Positions 61,201 to 64,000 of a stretch of DNA of 64,000 bases are shown here, one piece after another; the first letter of the stretch is position 1; the number at the start of each line of letters is the position of its first letter. A model generated the notes under the pieces. The model ran no database searches. It had not been told where the DNA came from and worked only from the letters and a program-made list of their open reading frames with translations. Source of the stretch: Eutreptiella sp. 'Long Island Sound 2002' (taxonomy: Eukaryota > Protista > Euglenida); contig OZ038378.1 of the NCBI GenBank assembly GCA_964036045.1, positions 155,186,001 to 155,250,000 on the forward strand, given 5' to 3'. The position numbers were made by a program, and so were the translations under genes.

Positions 61201-63420
61201 CTCCTGAGCATCGGCGGACCCAGTTGCAAGAACTGAGTGCTTCGCCATCATGCATGCTGTTGCCTGTAGAATTCACAGTTCAACACACCACTCTTCCCCT
61301 GCGGCGCCTGCAGAGCGTAACATTATCAGTGCCTTCAAACATTGGCCATTTTGATGTGGGCTTGCGTGCCGTAGTGGTGGGTGGTCCTGTGTCTCTCACC
61401 CCACCCCCCCTCCTTGTCCCTGGTCTAAGAAACGGGTATGGGGATTGAACTAAAACGCCAAGAAAAGGCGGCCTGCAACGCTCCACTTTCTTTCTCCTTT
61501 GTTTAACCCTCACCTTCACACTCCTTTTTACCGTCACCGTGACCGTTGCCGTGATCATCACTGTTGCCCTCCGTTATCATCACCCTCTGGACCATTCTGG
61601 ACGATGGTCAGAAATCAGGAGCCCTGGTCACAATTTTGCACCTGCCATGCACCTGCTGGCATTTCTGAGCTGGATCCCATGAGCACTGTGGCCTTTTCAA
61701 AAGTTGTCGCGTGGGCGTCGGTTTGAATTTGGCTTTTGGTGGGTGGTATCCCGGGCACTTTTCCCAGTACCATGTCACCATTTTGTGAAGAGAAAAAGCT
61801 TGGGAGGCTGATGCACCGCTTCAAAATAAAAAAACACGGCAAACAGAGGTGCAATTTGCGCAATCTTTTAGGTGCGCTCCCCTGTTCTCGGATGATTACC
61901 CAAACCGCGCGCCTCAGAAAAACCGCTCTCAGAAGCCCCATGCGAATTGGGGAAACACTTTCAGCGAAAAAATGGCGGTCGTACCAGCTTGACGTTGTGG
62001 CCGGGCAAGGGCCCATGCGGCTGAGTGTAGCGCAGGCGCAATACCGGCCACAGCAGGGGTCATTCGCCGGCACAACACTGGCAGCAATCGTGAGTCAGTA
62101 ATGACTGTTATGCAACTCCTGCTCGGGTTTGAAATTTGCTGCATCGCTGCGGTGGAGAGCACCCAACAGCAAACTTGCCTCACAAGGTGCGGAAACAGGG
62201 GGAGGGCCATAACAATCGTCGCGGTTTGTGAGCGAGACCAAAGGGTGGTCAGCAAGGACACCCCATGGACAAACGACGTTGATCAGTCAAGGCAGGTCAC
62301 ACAGCAGACGCAGCACTGGACGGCGGTTGCTCTACAGGGGATCTGACCAGGGTTTGTAGAACCAGCCTCCTCCCCTATTGAGACTCTGGTTTCCCAAGCC
62401 ATTGAATTGGTCGGTGCTTTGACTGTACCCATGCTTACACGGGCGTCCACGCAGCGATGCATTGCAACGCACGTAGTATCAAGGTCTTCAACTTTGCCCA
62501 ACACCTTGATCCCTGCTGCACTGCATTGCACTGCACTGCACTGCACTGCACTGCTACAGGGCACTGGAGTCAAACAGGAAAATGTATGTTCAACTGCCGT
62601 CTGATGGGTGGTATAACAAGATCGGATGGTTGGCTCAGCAGCAAAGAGTACGCTTGCACGAATGTGCAAGACTGAGGCTCGGCGACAGCAACCAAATGAG
62701 CATTACTCAACCGCGTCTGCATACACATACTTCTTTCGCGCGACGCAGCTCCGCCGCCTCCTCCTCCAGCTCCTCAATCCTCGACTGCAACGTCTCCACT
62801 TGCTCACGCAGTCTCTCCGCCTCCTGCTCCACATCTGCTTCGCCCTCTTTGTCATCTGCAAAGAAATCCTTCGCCTCCGCCTTCTCCTTCAGATCCCGGA
62901 TCTCGTCGCGCAGGCCTTGCACTAGGGCTTCGCTCTCGGTCTTCATCTCCTCCATGGCAGCCGTCAATCTGTCCACCTCCGTCTGCGCCTGCGCTGCAGC
63001 CAAATCATCGGCACCTTGTGCCCCCTGATGGACAAATCGGTGGAGTGCACACAAGGAACTGACTTGAAACCCGCACGGGTGTGGAGACTGGATGTCCCTT
63101 ACACCCCAGACCCAGTGGAAATCCCGCCTCCATAGTGCCTGTTGTGCAGTTCAAAGGCTATTGGCCGCTTTCCTTGGTAGGCATGCCCATCAGACAAGGT
63201 CCACAGCCAATCAGTGCTGTTGGCCACTGTGCGGCAAAGACACACAGACACGCACGCTTGGAGGGTACTGAGGGCAAAATACCTGCTCCTGCACATTGGC
63301 ATCTGCTTCACGGCTTGCGTTCATCTGCTGTAACTCCTCCTTCAAAGCCTGCGTTTCACTTTGTGACGCATCCAAATCCTCCTTCAGCTTTATCACCGCA
63401 CCCTTGGCCTTGTCCTTCAC
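45943..63420 (-). CDS. Multi-exon long coiled-coil protein, partial (at least 651 aa from 9 exons); start lies beyond the window and the 3' end was not located
   Basis: Nine E/Q/K/L/A-rich heptad-like exons, each bounded by AG...GT and each a multiple of 3, joining without stops; no family recognised. Confidence 0.8.
46525..46662 (-). CDS. Coiled-coil gene exon A' (138 bp, copy of exon A)
   Basis: Near-identical to 63283-63420 (offset 16758), same splice sites. Confidence 0.85.
46941..47039 (-). CDS. Coiled-coil gene exon G (99 bp, ESTEQLAAERDAW...QRLQH)
   Basis: ccgctcag/GAGTCG ... CAGCAT/gtattc. Confidence 0.75.
47983..49086 (-). CDS. Orphan 367-aa ORF inside intron F-G, with a CxxC/His cluster (HITCPECGVHHC); 3' end fused to an intron remnant
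   Basis: Longest non-repetitive ORF in the window; the portion from NKPYIVGANT onward looks protein-like; no family recognised. Confidence 0.4.
   Translation of the reverse strand: MAMFPVRPILGPGVWRGLCVTHCGMRHLRLGVVGRCWLSHGRTVLWKRRPLIWSMCLPCLRRKYTMPAIHIGCCACCWFPQHALSCAPCSICLCNKPYIVGANTQELAIVNLLAEQEGIEPRTQKKQDRFLGEIGSVAFAIAPLYFTFLHQEDSVSCHPACLLMLHCLLSRHVVNGGIQLPQDRLCLLREIARAVLPYRDSAHGSPIQTTPIWALAGMYASPYCSPSRSSCFFLRRHNHITCPECGVHHCALHALVFRPSEVCVALRNWRVQFSAPLAFIVVDKPPSADEVRPKVVIRGKEFFVPGHYPQDASSKLQYDKKLIEELDMKTTDVPRNMCKQDPPSAEPTYKDKKADLIYKRVFCSAQW
49770..52140 (+). repeat. ~103/142-bp satellite, array 2 (diverged subfamily of array 1, same orientation)
   Basis: GAAGTGGCTGCCTCACCCCTGCC... units; many carry an extra ~38-bp CCCCAACGCCAAGCGCGGGGAGCAAAATGAAAAGTGGT block (51356 to 51498 = 142). 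Confidence 0.95.
52175..52236. repeat. Hairpin TTTTACTAGGTT-gtga-AACCTAGTAAAA plus CCTAGTAAA direct repeats
   Basis: Perfect 12-bp arms at 52175-52202; further CCTAGTAAA copies at ~52212 and ~52227. Confidence 0.85.
53728..53997 (-). CDS. Coiled-coil gene exon F (270 bp, DLKCRMDQITAEKDAL...QNEGQ)
   Basis: ctccacag/GATCTG ... GGTCAG/gtactt. Confidence 0.85.
54554..54616. repeat. 12-bp-unit palindromic tract (31-bp arms, 1-nt spacer)
   Basis: ACTGCGGCAGTGGACTGCGGCAGTGGACTGC-t-GCAGTCCACTGCCGCAGTCGACTGCTACAGT, 3 mismatches. Confidence 0.85.
55084..55323 (-). CDS. Coiled-coil gene exon E (240 bp, EHRAALQADAL...ELSESQ)
   Basis: ctttgtag/GAGCAT ... AGCCAG/gtcatc. Confidence 0.8.
55640..57585. mobile_element. 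Non-autonomous foldback element with long inverted arms (core 55671-55830 vs 57387-57540)
   Basis: ~160-bp arms are near-perfect reverse complements by eye; sub-blocks (GCAGTGCGGATGCC, GGAGTTCTTGTTGGAGAAC) are repeated; no transposase. Confidence 0.8.
55977..56775. mobile_element. 799-bp MITE with CAG(G)n...(C)nCTG termini and 7-bp flanking direct repeat CATACAG
   Basis: CATACAG/CAGGGGGGGGGGGGGAATGCG ... CGCATATTCCCCCCCCCCTG/CATACAG; subterminal AAAATGCG repeats at both ends. Confidence 0.75.
58632..59028. mobile_element. ~400-bp MITE-like element, TIR (C)nTTGTATAAGCTACGCC, with an internal copy of its right subterminal segment
   Basis: Perfect TIR 58641-58658 vs 59001-59018; ~52-bp direct repeat 58664-58715 vs 58956-59010; no clear TSD. 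Confidence 0.7.
59253..59420 (-). CDS. Coiled-coil gene exon D (168 bp, ELHLSVDQIAAERDAL...QQESE)
   Basis: ccttgcag/GAATTA ... AGTGAG/gtatgc. Confidence 0.8.
59560..59752 (+). repeat. Degenerate 10-bp minisatellite (CCCTCCACAA-like)
   Basis: ccctccacaa, cactccacaa, tcctccacaa and similar units. Confidence 0.65.
60736..61017 (-). CDS. Coiled-coil gene exon C (282 bp, ESNDRLNQIVAERDAL...QTECQ)
   Basis: ctgcccag/GAATCC ... TGCCAG/gtgagc. Confidence 0.85.
62513..62553. repeat. (CTGCA)n pentanucleotide microsatellite
   Basis: ctgcactgcattgcactgcactgcactgcactgcactgc. Confidence 0.9.
62731..63024 (-). CDS. Coiled-coil gene exon B (294 bp, GAQGADDL...ELRRAKE)
   Basis: ccatcag/GGGGCA ... AAAGAA/gtatgt; the last codons differ from exon B', so the donor is inferred. 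Confidence 0.75.
63283..63420 (-). CDS. Coiled-coil gene exon A (138 bp, VKDKAKGAV...NVQEQ)
   Basis: ttttctcag/GTGAAG ... GAGCAG/gtattt. Confidence 0.85.
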
Positions 63421-64000
63421 CTGAGAAAACGAATGTTCCGACTCCATGTGGATTGTGAAGCTCCGGTGCACAGAGGACATGGCTTCACATCCCGCACTTG
63501 TTGGCGTTCAATGCAAAACACATGCACCTCACGCTCGAGAGAGTGGGAGAAGATCTTCGTGCTACAATGGCCCCCATGCGGTGATGTGTACTCAGAACAT
63601 CGCCAATCACCCATAAATGCCCCCGGGGGTCAGCGAAGGCCCATCAGAAAGTCTTTCAACCCACGCTGGCATGAGAACAGCTTAATTGTCAAAAGTGAGC
63701 TGGACCAGCATTCGGCCCCTGAGGCCAGCATTGTTGTGAGTTAGGTATCCTCGGTGTGATGGCGGTGCGCAAACACATCCTCCCTGACACCCTGCACGCT
63801 GCTGCTGCCCACACGCTCTATGTGCTATGCTCCGAGCACCCTGTATGCGAGCTTTGCCGCCACACAAGCTGCGTCGGAACCTGTATGCTCATCCTCCCCA
63901 AACACTGCGTGCCATTTCTCCAAGCAAACTGTGTGATACTTCTCCCAACACCTACCCCGCCAACGAGAACTGTTCCCATCCCCACTACAGAGGACAGGAT

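Overview
Eukaryotic, repeat-dominated 64 kb window (GT-AG introns, many poly-G/C runs, microsatellites, no prokaryotic operon structure). A large-genome protist such as a euglenid would fit, but that is an unverified impression. Layout, left to right: (i) 0.75-11.9 kb, a decayed coding-like macrosatellite (1.1-1.4 kb unit, family A) that grades in register into a diverged relative (family B) and includes a 1899-bp tandem duplication; (ii) 13.1-14.3 kb, a disrupted NTF2/SnoaL-like coding sequence; (iii) 14.9-16.9 kb, a 31-bp minisatellite; (iv) 17-28.7 kb, decayed unique sequence ending in a Cys/His-rich pseudogene; (v) 28.7-39.2 kb, a second family A array containing 6 x 737-bp copies that alternate ABABAB; (vi) two arrays of a ~103-bp hairpin-rich satellite (42.2-45.0 and 49.8-52.1 kb); (vii) 45.9-63.4 kb, the only convincingly intact gene, a minus-strand coiled-coil gene with at least 9 exons, all phase 0, built by exon and exon-block duplication. 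Its introns hold an orphan 367-aa ORF, nested TIR elements and an inverted-repeat pair flanking one exon. No rRNA, CRISPR array or intact transposase/RT was found. All coordinates and alignments were read by eye; repeat boundaries are approximate.
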